IMG/VR virus record: IMGVR_UViG_3300025387_000054
Span: 1-30,455 of that record
Source: a virus
Lineage: Duplodnaviria > Caudoviricetes
Length of the DNA: 30,455 nucleotides
Reading direction: 5' to 3' (one strand)
The translations under genes were made by a program, and so were the position numbers. The notes beneath the pieces were generated by a model, which saw only the letters and a list, made by a program, of their open reading frames with translations, searched no databases and was not told the origin of the DNA. This document shows positions 1-7,031 of the stretch, piece after piece. How positions within the stretch are numbered: position 1 is the first letter of the stretch; the number at the start of each line of letters is the position of its first letter.

Positions 1-1402
1 ATCTGCTTGGGTCATTGGATGCTGTTAATGTTGGTGCAACAGTTAATTGAGCAACACCATGTACACATGCTGTAGTCAATGTGTGCGATGGGTCGCCATC
101 TTCACCCACGCCAACTCCTTGTCTGTTTATCTCATCATGCTTTTCTGGGTCACGATTGGCATTTCGCAAATCAATTGGAATAGGCTGTGCAACATAACTA
201 GTTTGTTTCATGCCCGGTTGTGCCGCCAAAGCACCAACCACTTGACCATCTCCACCAATCAATCGAACTTCATCTCTGGTGTTTTGTGCAAATGCAATTG
301 GTTGAGCAACACCATGTACGCCTGTTGCATTCAATGTATACATTGGTCCGCCTACTGTAAATCCATCACCATTACCTCCATTCAATGGCTGTCTTCCAAT
401 TGTATTTTCAGCTAACGCAATTGGTTGATTTTTGTTTTCGACTATTTGATTGTCATTTGAATTTGACGGATGATTTACAAAAAGACTGCCATTGAACGCA
501 CTTGCATTGCCATTCCACTTCGTGCCGTAACCCGCAGTCAGGCAATCAGCCGTTTCTTTAAAAGAAGTTGGCGTTTGAGAGACTTCAATTGATATTAAAT
601 CAGTTGCGTCTTTCCAGTCACGAGCTTTCATGGCGCTTGCAGTTTCATCATTTACATATTCTCCAAAAGCAACCATGCGAGAGGCGCAAACAAAATGACC
701 ATTTTGGGCTGTCTGATGGTTTAATTTTGTTCCTCCGCACTCTGTATCTAAACTGCCTACAACCTCAATTGATTTTTGTTCTACAGATTGGCTGACTTCT
801 TTAACGCCGCTTCCAATGCCGCTGGCAAGGTCTTTCCTCGCTTTTCTGCTCGGCGGAGGATTCCCTGACATGCTTTCGCGCTCAAGAAGTACCGCTGCGG
901 CAGATCGCCAGTCTCCAAGACATCCGACAACAAAAACACGGCGGCGTCTCTGGGCCACTCCGAAGTATTGTGCGTCCAGCACTCTGTAGGACCACCCGTA
1001 GCCGAGTTCCCCCAACGCCCCAAGGAAGGTTCCAAAATCCCGCCCTCTGTTGCTTGACAAGACACCAGGGACATTTTCCCAGACAATCCATTTGGGGCGA
1101 TATCGGTCAGCAATTGCCAAATAGGTAAGCATGAGGTTACCACGCGGGTCATCCAATCCTTTTCTGAGACCTGCGACTGAGAATGATTGACAGGGGGTTC
1201 CTCCAACGAGAAGATCGATAGTTGCATCTGGCCACTCCTTAAATTTAGTCATATCCCCCCAATTGGGGACTTCAGGGTAATGATGAGACAATACGGCGCT
1301 TGGAAATTTCTCAATTTCGCTAAACGCTACTGGTTCAAATCCTAATTCATGCCACGCTACGGTTGCAGCTTCAATACCGCTGCATACGCTTATGTACTTC
1401 AC
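1..1402 (-). CDS. DNA (cytosine-5)-methyltransferase with a long multi-module variable region; 3' end runs off the window
   Basis: Translated by hand from GTG at 1402 (GTGA overlap with the RuvC stop); open with no stop to base 1 (at least 467 codons). Motif I SVCSGIEA, motif IV LLVGGTPCQSFSVAG, motif VI WENVPG, motif VIII FGVAQRRRRVFVVG. Absent from the ORF track because its stop is outside the window. Confidence 0.95.
   Translation of the reverse strand, partial: MKYISVCSGIEAATVAWHELGFEPVAFSEIEKFPSAVLSHHYPEVPNWGDMTKFKEWPDATIDLLVGGTPCQSFSVAGLRKGLDDPRGNLMLTYLAIADRYRPKWIVWENVPGVLSSNRGRDFGTFLGALGELGYGWSYRVLDAQYFGVAQRRRRVFVVGCLGDWRSAAAVLLERESMSGNPPPSRKARKDLASGIGSGVKEVSQSVEQKSIEVVGSLDTECGGTKLNHQTAQNGHFVCASRMVAFGEYVNDETASAMKARDWKDATDLISIEVSQTPTSFKETADCLTAGYGTKWNGNASAFNGSLFVNHPSNSNDNQIVENKNQPIALAENTIGRQPLNGGNGDGFTVGGPMYTLNATGVHGVAQPIAFAQNTRDEVRLIGGDGQVVGALAAQPGMKQTSYVAQPIPIDLRNANRDPEKHDEINRQGVGVGEDGDPSHTLTTACVHGVAQLTVAPTLTASNDPSR
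47..428. repeat. Short direct repeats at TRD-module junctions of the MTase
   Basis: ttgagcaacaccatgtac at 47-64 and 302-319 (VHGVAQ); gcaattggttga at 294-305 and 417-428 (QPIA). Confidence 0.9.
781..1227 (-). CDS. Nested out-of-frame gene inside the C5-MTase (resembles the M.EcoHK31I beta polypeptide)
   Basis: 148-aa ORF on the same strand in another frame; AAGGAG (1240-1235) lies 7 nt before the ATG; segment WGNSATGGPTECWTHNTSEWP...LSDVLET...RYFLSAKACQGILRRAEKRGKTLP. Confidence 0.7.
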   Translation of the reverse strand: MQLSIFSLEEPPVNHSQSQVSEKDWMTRVVTSCLPIWQLLTDIAPNGLSGKMSLVSCQATEGGILEPSLGRWGNSATGGPTECWTHNTSEWPRDAAVFLLSDVLETGDLPQRYFLSAKACQGILRRAEKRGKTLPAALEAALKKSANL

Positions 1403-1878
1403 TTTGCTCTCCCAAACTTTTCACCCCACATAGCGATCAAAGCAGCATCCGCTCGACCGTCATCCTTCTTACGCTTAAACAGTTCGGACTGCATTGGGAA
1501 CAGCTGCATGGCTCTCTCACGCGATCCGTCCTTGCCTCCGCGCACCAACATATCCTTCTGCCAGCGCTGCGGTATGACCAGCGTTAATGGGATTCCCATC
1601 GCCGCCACAACGCCCTCAATGACACCGACTGATCGGCCTAGACTCAGCATCGATGTTACGCCTTGACCGGGCATTGCACCTACGCGCTCTAAAAAGGCAA
1701 ACTGAATGTCCTTTCCGACCAAAGCTTCGTACACCATCGCTGCTGCAACTTCACGCTTTGTTTTCTTGTTGCGCTCCAGCTCCACGACTGGCATATCGAT
1801 GATCTCTAAGCCACGCTCGATTGGATCGAGGATGCATAAAGCTCCAGATAGACCTGGATCAATTCCTAAGATATTCAC
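1399..1878 (-). CDS. ruvC: RuvC-like Holliday junction resolvase (RNase H fold)
   Basis: N-terminal ILGIDPG, central FLERV, P-x-x-W-x-K motif, C-terminal DGRADAALIA. Confidence 0.88.
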   Translation of the reverse strand: MNILGIDPGLSGALCILDPIERGLEIIDMPVVELERNKKTKREVAAAMVYEALVGKDIQFAFLERVGAMPGQGVTSMLSLGRSVGVIEGVVAAMGIPLTLVIPQRWQKDMLVRGGKDGSRERAMQLFPMQSELFKRKKDDGRADAALIAMWGEKFGRAK

Positions 1879-2027
1879 TATTCAACCCCTTCCCAGTTAT
1901 TCAACATTTCTAAGTGTTCTCGATCCTTACGCCACTTCTCTTCTATCCGCTCGCGCTCAAGATCGCTTGACGGGCAAGAGGTAGTGTCCTCTGTAGAGGA
2001 ATTCTTCTGGCAATTTTCCGTTTCCAT
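1878..2027 (-). CDS. Possible small hypothetical protein (49 aa), partly overlapping the 1957-2160 ORF
   Basis: METENCQK...DLERERIEEKWRKDREHLEMLNNWEGVE*; its TAG overlaps the RuvC GTG and it fills an otherwise empty 80-bp gap. Confidence 0.4.
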   Translation of the reverse strand: METENCQKNSSTEDTTSCPSSDLERERIEEKWRKDREHLEMLNNWEGVE

Positions 2028-2160
2028 GTTGTACATACCCAATTAATTTTGCCAACTTTTTAGCGGTACAGTTAACGCGAATCGTTTTCGTTTCTGCGCC
2101 TTTCAACTTCACGACCTCTATGTACTTGTTGACCTGATCTAACAACTTATTGTCATCCAT
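1957..2160 (-). CDS. Hypothetical phage protein
   Basis: 67-aa ORF whose start overlaps the upstream stop. Confidence 0.7.
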   Translation of the reverse strand: MDDNKLLDQVNKYIEVVKLKGAETKTIRVNCTAKKLAKLIGYVQHGNGKLPEEFLYRGHYLLPVKRS

Positions 2161-2347
2161 TTGGAAATATCTCCCATGAAACTAAATACTGACGAATCTC
2201 TGGATCATTCTTTGGCAAGTTCCACAAATCTATTTTGGTTTTAAACAAATTCTGAGGATACATTGTCAATACACTTTCAACATACTTCTCAGCTTCCTTT
2301 GGGTCGCTGAACGATTTAGAGTCTGAAAAATAATTTGATTCTTTCAT
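2153..2347 (-). CDS. Hypothetical phage protein
   Basis: 64-aa ORF, ATGA overlap with the upstream gene, GGAG RBS. Confidence 0.75.
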   Translation of the reverse strand: MKESNYFSDSKSFSDPKEAEKYVESVLTMYPQNLFKTKIDLWNLPKNDPEIRQYLVSWEIFPNG

Positions 2348-2556
2348 TCTTCAACTCCGAAATGATGCTTCAATTCTTCAACTCCGAAATGTTTCAGCAT
2401 TGCTTTATGATCTTGGTCATCGGAATAGGCATAATTGGCACACTCCCTAACAATCAACTCGGCAAACTTGAAAGGATCCAACTCACCTGTCACGTAATCG
2501 CCATTGCCTTCTAAAATAATTGCTTGGTCATATAGTTTTAAGATTCGTTCGTTCAT
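2344..2556 (-). CDS. Hypothetical phage protein (MNERI...FAELIVRECA...HFGVEE type)
   Basis: 70 aa, AAGGAG RBS, ATGA coupling at both ends. Confidence 0.8.
   Translation of the reverse strand: MNERILKLYDQAIILEGNGDYVTGELDPFKFAELIVRECANYAYSDDQDHKAMLKHFGVEELKHHFGVEE
2346..2391. repeat. 19-nt direct repeat with a 27-nt period
   Basis: attcttcaactccgaaatg at 2346-2364 and 2373-2391, giving KHFGVEELKHHFGVEE. Confidence 0.95.
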
Positions 2557-3077
2557 GTGTTCTTCTCCTTGAGTTTGGCTTCGATGGCTCGATAGATTTC
2601 ATAGTTGGTTGCAATGACACCAAAGGTTTTTCGTCGAATTTCTATGATTTCGTCATCCGTCAGCCCAACCCATTCACGCTTTGCAAACGCGGGGTTTGGT
2701 GTTATCACCAACGAAGCAGAGGCATCCCATACGGGTTTTTCATCATTACACTTGCAGGTTCTGGGATTGCCAATCCACCAACACTTGCCACAGTCTCCGC
2801 AACATATCTTAAACATTGCTCTTCTCCTTGAGTTTGGATTCGATTTGGTTTTTCCCCCACGAAGCATCTCCATTTCATGAATAAGTTCGTCGGACAAGAT
2901 TCTTGCTTCTTCGTTTCCCTTGACCTTGATGATCACGGTGTCGCCCTCAACGCGGACTCCACGCATCAAACCAAACCATACACGTTGGGGCAATTCGGTA
3001 GTTAAAGATTCAATCCCGCCATTCAGTTTGACCTCAACCTTTGCAGTTTTGTCTGAGAACGAAATTCTTATAGTCAT
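2553..3077 (-). CDS. Hypothetical protein, apparently two fused genes (second start ATG at 2816); Cys-rich middle, C-terminal EWVGLTDDEI...AIEAKLKEKNT
   Basis: 174-aa ORF with AAGGAG RBS; a second internal AAGGAG precedes the in-frame ATG at 2816. Confidence 0.75.
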   Translation of the reverse strand: MTIRISFSDKTAKVEVKLNGGIESLTTELPQRVWFGLMRGVRVEGDTVIIKVKGNEEARILSDELIHEMEMLRGGKTKSNPNSRRRAMFKICCGDCGKCWWIGNPRTCKCNDEKPVWDASASLVITPNPAFAKREWVGLTDDEIIEIRRKTFGVIATNYEIYRAIEAKLKEKNT

Positions 3078-3091
3078 GTGTTCTTCTCCTT
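2553..3091. repeat. Three copies of a gene-junction cassette (…AAACTCAAGGAGAAGAACACATGA on the minus strand)
   Basis: Copies at 2553-2585, 2814-2844 and 3074-3091; tcatgtgttcttctcctt is identical in copies 1 and 3, ctccttgagtttgg in copies 1 and 2. Confidence 0.9.
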
Positions 3092-3097
3092 AATTAA

Positions 3098-3280
3098 TTA
3101 ATTACTTTTCAACTTTTTCAATTTGCCTTCAAATTCCTTAATTCTCTGCAACTGAGTAACGCACACGGCCTCAAGCTCTTTTATGCGTTTATTCAGAACG
3201 ATGAGCTCAGAGTCCAGCTCTCTGAGCCTTCCCATCGCCACCAATGCCGTGTCCATCCAGTATCGATGCGGATCAGTCAT
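3098..3280 (-). CDS. Hypothetical coiled-coil protein
   Basis: Start reassigned to ATG 3280 (ATGA overlap, GAGGT RBS); repeated RIKELE/RIKEFE heptads. Confidence 0.75.
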   Translation of the reverse strand: MTDPHRYWMDTALVAMGRLRELDSELIVLNKRIKELEAVCVTQLQRIKEFEGKLKKLKSN

Positions 3281-3492
3281 TTGATTACCTCGCACTTGAA
3301 GCCAGCGGTATCAACCCTGAATGCCCCTACCTTCTCGCAGTCAGCCTGAATCTGGAGCTGGCCTGCTCGATACACGAATCCCATAGCTATAATGATGGCC
3401 ACTGTAATCACAACGTACACCCAAGGTTTTACGTCTGAGCGTACGTTTAAATCTGCATCGCTATATTTGTACATCGACAAAAGGTTTTTCAT
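3277..3492 (-). CDS. Small membrane protein
   Basis: 71 aa, one hydrophobic segment WVYVVITVAIIIAMGFVY; ATGA coupling. Confidence 0.75.
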   Translation of the reverse strand: MKNLLSMYKYSDADLNVRSDVKPWVYVVITVAIIIAMGFVYRAGQLQIQADCEKVGAFRVDTAGFKCEVIK

Positions 3493-3596
3493 AGTCCACC
3501 TACAAACTTAGTCATACGTACCACAACACCGAACAAGAATCCAGTTATAAATGCAATTAACAACAGCTGTATAAACTGATTGATAACTTTTTTCAT
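3489..3596 (-). CDS. Small membrane peptide (35 aa), not in the ORF track
   Basis: MKKVINQFIQLLLIAFITGFLFGVVVRMTKFVGGL*; ATGA overlaps at both ends, GGAG upstream. Confidence 0.7.
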   Translation of the reverse strand: MKKVINQFIQLLLIAFITGFLFGVVVRMTKFVGGL

Positions 3597-3796
3597 AACT
3601 TAAACTCCATTAGAAGTTTCCACTTTTCGATCAATTCAGCTTGACTTCGAATGGTCTCTGACAATAAGCGAATGGTTTCAGCCTGCCTTTCAATGTGATC
3701 AGCTTGATCTTTCATAAGCTTATCTGCCAATTCAAAGACTTCTAATCCTCTTTGAAAAGCTTCACTTTGGGTTCTTTCCAATTTTCTTTTCTCCAC
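3593..3796 (-). CDS. Hypothetical coiled-coil protein
   Basis: 67 aa, GTG start after AAGGGG; QAETI/LSETI/QAELI heptads. Confidence 0.7.
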   Translation of the reverse strand: MEKRKLERTQSEAFQRGLEVFELADKLMKDQADHIERQAETIRLLSETIRSQAELIEKWKLLMEFKL

Positions 3797-3827
3797 GGAT
3801 GCCCCTTTTTAAAATTTCCCTGCTTTT

Positions 3828-4061
3828 TTACAGGCCTTTTGCTGCTTGTGGGTTTAACTTTTTGATCGCCTTCGCCAGCCATTTCGCCTCCAACTGATTC
3901 TCGTCATATGCTATTAGTAACAACGCAACCGCCTGCGGAATTTCGTTTTTCTCATGCAGCCAATGTCGAATTTGGCGCGGTGATCGACCGACAACCAACG
4001 CTAAAAACTTTTGGCTAAAATTGTTTTTCTTCATAAACCGCTTCAAATCATTTGCTTTCAC
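3828..4061 (-). CDS. XRE/Cro-like helix-turn-helix DNA-binding protein
   Basis: FSQKFLALVVGRSPRQIRHWLHEKNEIP fits an HTH_XRE pattern; GTG 4061 is preceded by AAGGAG. Confidence 0.75.
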   Translation of the reverse strand: MKANDLKRFMKKNNFSQKFLALVVGRSPRQIRHWLHEKNEIPQAVALLLIAYDENQLEAKWLAKAIKKLNPQAAKGL

Positions 4062-4221
4062 TCTTATCTCCTTTATTATCAAACCAAAATTCCAACTTCA
4101 CCATATCCCAACAAAAAACCAAAACAAAGCCAACAAAAAAGCCCATAACGATTGCCAGAGCATCTGCCCAATCGAGCTGTTCTTGCCAGTTAATAAACCA
4201 CAGCATGGCCTGAGCTATCAT
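4048..4221 (-). CDS. Small membrane protein
   Basis: ATGA-coupled start at 4221; hydrophobic ALAIVMGFFVGFVLVFCW. Confidence 0.65.
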   Translation of the reverse strand: MIAQAMLWFINWQEQLDWADALAIVMGFFVGFVLVFCWDMVKLEFWFDNKGDKSESK

Positions 4222-4367
4222 GACTGCCGCCACATACGAAACTTGTGTATTTCAGAGCGCGACAATTGGCTACCAAGCCGCTCGCAAGATCTGTGTGGAG
4301 CAGGCAATGGCCAAAATACAGGAGTCATCATCATTACCCACAATTTTTTAAGCTTTAATTTAAGCAT
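4218..4367 (-). CDS. Hypothetical protein
   Basis: AAGGAG precedes ATG 4367 (MLKLKLKK...); coupled to both neighbours. Confidence 0.6.
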   Translation of the reverse strand: MLKLKLKKLWVMMMTPVFWPLPAPHRSCERLGSQLSRSEIHKFRMWRQS

Positions 4368-4599
4368 GATAATCTCCTTTTTTATCTTCAAATAAATCAT
4401 AATTTAACTGCGCTGCATACCAAGAATCGTAAGACTCTGCCCATTCTCTGAAAGATGCATCTTTTAAAGATGATTCAAGATATTCTACTCGCCGTTTTAA
4501 CAAAGCGATTTCCTGCGCTTGAGCAATATTTAGATCAATGCACAGATCACAGTCTATGAGATAGTCCCAAGACATATCTCGTTGCTTAAATTTACTCAT
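4360..4599 (-). CDS. Hypothetical protein with CxxC and a short coiled coil
   Basis: Start ATG 4599 (MSKFKQRD) overlaps the upstream stop (ATGAGTAA). Confidence 0.7.
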   Translation of the reverse strand: MSKFKQRDMSWDYLIDCDLCIDLNIAQAQEIALLKRRVEYLESSLKDASFREWAESYDSWYAAQLNYDLFEDKKGDYHA

Positions 4600-4780
4600 A
4601 AGCCATTTGCTCCCCTTCAAAAGTGCACTCAGGATCAATTAATCCTTGGCGTTTATAGTTGTCCCAATTGCGGCGCGCTAATTCAAGCTTAGACTCAGCA
4701 ATATTGCGTTGCCAACACATTTCCATAAGCTTGTCTTCAAGCTCGCGTATGCGATTATTTTGGTAATATTGATGACTCAT
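4592..4780 (-). CDS. Hypothetical protein
   Basis: 62 aa, ATGA coupling. Confidence 0.7.
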   Translation of the reverse strand: MSHQYYQNNRIRELEDKLMEMCWQRNIAESKLELARRNWDNYKRQGLIDPECTFEGEQMAYE

Positions 4781-4953
4781 GACAGCGCTCTCTCAATTTC
4801 ATTCAGCGCGCATTCGACAATTTTGTGATCAAAGAATGACGCAGGAATCGTGATTCCTGAGTTCTTGGGCTCAAAGAACTCGATTTCTCCGCCATCAAAC
4901 CAAACATCAAATTCTTGGTCGTTAAATTCAAACGCAAATTTCTGAATAAACAT
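4777..4953 (-). CDS. Small acidic hypothetical protein
   Basis: GGAG precedes ATG 4953 (MFIQKFAF...); first gene after the predicted promoter at 4993-5021. Confidence 0.7.
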   Translation of the reverse strand: MFIQKFAFEFNDQEFDVWFDGGEIEFFEPKNSGITIPASFFDHKIVECALNEIERALS

Positions 4954-4992
4954 ATAAAGCTCCATAGATAGATAGATCATTAACACGATTAA

Positions 4993-5021
4993 ACAATAAC
5001 TGAAAAAATTGCCACTGGCAA
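4993..5021 (-). promoter_or_regulatory. Sigma70-type promoter with an operator-like motif in the spacer
   Basis: TTGCCA-17 bp-TATTGT; spacer contains GGCAATTTTTTC; palindrome TTGCCA-C-TGGCAA at 5009-5021. Confidence 0.6.
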
Positions 5022-5198
5022 CTATTTCATGTGTTGCGTTGCGCCAAACTTTGATTTCATGACGGGACCGGCCTTTCCGTATCGGCGTAACGCTTGCTTA
5101 CGTTTGGCATGAGCTTCGCTGAGAGTCTGCGAGACAATCGTTTCAGTCTGCCTGCCGTAATACGGGTGCGTTGACTCAATCGTGAATAAGTAGCTCAC
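5022..5198 (-). CDS. Small basic hypothetical protein (58 aa), not in the ORF track
   Basis: GTG SYLFTIESTHPYYGRQTETIVSQTLSEAHAKRKQALRRYGKAGPVMKSKFGATQHMK*; GTGA overlap, GGAGG RBS. Confidence 0.7.
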   Translation of the reverse strand: MSYLFTIESTHPYYGRQTETIVSQTLSEAHAKRKQALRRYGKAGPVMKSKFGATQHMK

Positions 5199-5440
5199 AG
5201 AACCTCCGAGAGAGCCTTATCAATAACGCCCAGCATCGCCTTGGCAGCCGCATCATGGCCTGGCGTGTTCTCATACATGGCCACCCATCCGCGAGCCCGT
5301 CTGAGGGCCTGCAGGAGGGCTGGGGCGGCCTCGGCGAGCCGCCATTCCTGCCGTAGCTCGCTTTCCTCTGGGCGGTCCAATCGCATCGACAGGGCCGATG
5401 GTTTTGGTTCAATGACAATGTGTTTGTAATTGCTTTTCAT
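5195..5440 (-). CDS. Hypothetical phage protein with an RLxxAAPxLLxAL motif
   Basis: ATGA-coupled start at 5440; WRLAEAAPALLQAL is a recurring motif in small phage early proteins. Confidence 0.75.
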   Translation of the reverse strand: MKSNYKHIVIEPKPSALSMRLDRPEESELRQEWRLAEAAPALLQALRRARGWVAMYENTPGHDAAAKAMLGVIDKALSEVL

Positions 5441-5715
5441 GAATAAACCCACTCAATTTGTTCGCCGCACAGGCCTTCTTTTACATCGATGCGCCGCCCA
5501 TCGTCCCGAAAATCAAACCAGCACAGGTCATCGGCATTGTCTCGGCTGTGAATTTCGAGCTCGTAAAGATAGACGCATTCGTCATTCCAGACATTGAATT
5601 CAGCGATGGTTTTGGCTTTTTCGGCAGCGTATGCGGCCACGGCATCGGCTTTGTCTTCAAACAATTCAAAGCCATCTTGGCATTCAATCGCTAATCCATA
5701 TACTACTTTTGTCAT
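5437..5715 (-). CDS. Acidic hypothetical early protein
   Basis: AGGAG-6 nt-ATG 5715; D/E-rich; first gene after the predicted promoter at 5761-5789. Confidence 0.8.
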   Translation of the reverse strand: MTKVVYGLAIECQDGFELFEDKADAVAAYAAEKAKTIAEFNVWNDECVYLYELEIHSRDNADDLCWFDFRDDGRRIDVKEGLCGEQIEWVYS

Positions 5716-5760
5716 GTTCATCTCCTAATAAATAGTTACTAATTCATCGAACTTGGATAC

Positions 5761-5814
5761 AGTATAGGCAATTTTTTCCCTATGTGTAAGTCTTAAATGT
5801 AACAATTTTGTTAC
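5761..5814 (-). promoter_or_regulatory. Sigma70-type promoter with a spacer operator and an upstream inverted repeat
   Basis: TTACAC-17 bp-TATACT; GGCAATTTTTTCCC at 5767-5780; GTAACAA-TT-TTGTTAC at 5799-5814. Confidence 0.65.
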
Positions 5815-5825
5815 GTCATGTAATT

Positions 5826-5845
5826 AGGGGAGGTTTCCCTCCCCT
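5826..5845 (-). terminator. Hairpin after the DUF932 gene (terminator-like, weak U tract)
   Basis: AGGGGAGG-GAAA-CCTCCCCT perfect 8-bp stem, 8 nt past the stop. Confidence 0.55.
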
Positions 5846-5853
5846 GCCTTTGC

Positions 5854-6666
5854 CTAAGCCGCCATTTTGTCGGCAATGTCCCACAACCCACGATTCAGGC
5901 GCACCAACTCATTAACTCCGCCTACGGCACGGGTAGTCATCCTGCGGCCAGTTTCGGATCGCCCAGCCAGTCCACCGCGAACGATGTTTTCTTGAATGAC
6001 GTTATAGGTGGTCCACAAATCGCTTGAACGGTCAGCTCCGCGATGAATGTTAAGCATGCGCTCTGGATTCTGAATAGGAGAGTCTTCGCCCCAGCGCAGC
6101 TCAATGGCCTGCTTGGCAAAATCTACTTTTTGCCCAATCGATAGCTGAGTGTTTTTATAGCGCTCCACGCAACCTTGGACGGCCTCGATGTCAGACAGGA
6201 CCCGATAACTGCCCTCGATAACGTTATCAATCACGTTGCCGCTGTGGCGGATTCTAATGTCATCGAATATCGATCCGGCAATCAGGCCGTTTGAGCAGAC
6301 CATACGGAAAATTCCCGACATCAACTGATAAGAGCTTGTTCCGTCATGCGAGTTTAACAGGACAATCTCAGGCACTTCGTGGCCATTGCTCAAATTATTG
6401 ATGTGGCGCAAACGAACCATGTGGCGCGTAAACTCACGTTTATTTTGGTCACGGACCCTAGTCTGGCGCACTTCGTATGGGAAAAATCCTTCGTCCTGCA
6501 TCGACTCCAGAACATTAAAGGTTGAAATAACCTTGTAGGACTGAGCTCTGCTCTGATGAGGCGTGTCAGTCATGACGCTGGGAGCGTAATGCTGAATCTC
6601 TTCAACGGTAATGGGACGGTCAGCTCGAAAGCTTGCTTGGTTTGATGATCGTGAAAATTTATACAT
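5854..6666 (-). CDS. DUF932/DUF945-family (YafZ/YubP-like) protein
   Basis: APSV...HQSR...EGFFP...QTRVRD...FTRHMVRLR, PEIVLLNSHDGTSSYQL.SGIFRMVCSNGLI, DLWTTYNVIQEN. Confidence 0.9.
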   Translation of the reverse strand: MYKFSRSSNQASFRADRPITVEEIQHYAPSVMTDTPHQSRAQSYKVISTFNVLESMQDEGFFPYEVRQTRVRDQNKREFTRHMVRLRHINNLSNGHEVPEIVLLNSHDGTSSYQLMSGIFRMVCSNGLIAGSIFDDIRIRHSGNVIDNVIEGSYRVLSDIEAVQGCVERYKNTQLSIGQKVDFAKQAIELRWGEDSPIQNPERMLNIHRGADRSSDLWTTYNVIQENIVRGGLAGRSETGRRMTTRAVGGVNELVRLNRGLWDIADKMAA

Positions 6667-6709
6667 GTTAAATACTCCGTGATTAGGTTTAATTTGAGAG
6701 CCAAAAGTG

Positions 6710-6729
6710 AAAAGGGCGGCGAACCGCCC
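6710..6729 (-). terminator. Rho-independent terminator
   Basis: GGGCGG-TTCG-CCGCCC followed by TTTTCACTTTT. Confidence 0.8.
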
Positions 6730-6737
6730 CGTGTTAA

Positions 6738-7031
6738 TTAAGCTGTTACTGAAACGCGAATTGTGGCATTGTGCTTGGCGTATTGTGACAAAGTGTCTTG
6801 CGTAATGCCCAAATCAGCAATCATTTTTTTGTAGTCATATGTTGTCGATTGATACAAGCTCACGTTAACGCCAAACGTATTTCCGCGATGCTTGCCTTCG
6901 CCATATTGATTGGAGACTTGATCTTTTAACATTTTGGCGCGTTCGGTTAATGCTTTGATCTGAGCGTCAACTTCGGCCAAATCATCGATGATGCTTGTGG
7001 CTTGTGGGACTAACTTTAATACTGCGTTCAT
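6738..7031 (-). CDS. Hypothetical phage early protein (N-terminal coiled coil)
   Basis: GGAG-6 nt-ATG 7031 (MNAVLK...); IDDLAEVDAQIKALTERAKMLKDQV. Confidence 0.8.
   Translation of the reverse strand: MNAVLKLVPQATSIIDDLAEVDAQIKALTERAKMLKDQVSNQYGEGKHRGNTFGVNVSLYQSTTYDYKKMIADLGITQDTLSQYAKHNATIRVSVTA

Noticed and set aside
47-795. Plus-strand ORFs 47-415 and 568-795
   Set aside because: Antisense to the uninterrupted methyltransferase frame; their internal repeats mirror the TRD junctions
882-1091. Third-frame ORF inside the MTase (triple overlap)
   Set aside because: Short, no RBS and no recognisable motif, unlike the 781-1227 ORF
2344-3091. Short repeats as a CRISPR-like array
   Set aside because: Spacing of about 260 bp filled by coding genes; repeats are RBS/stop junctions; no cas genes
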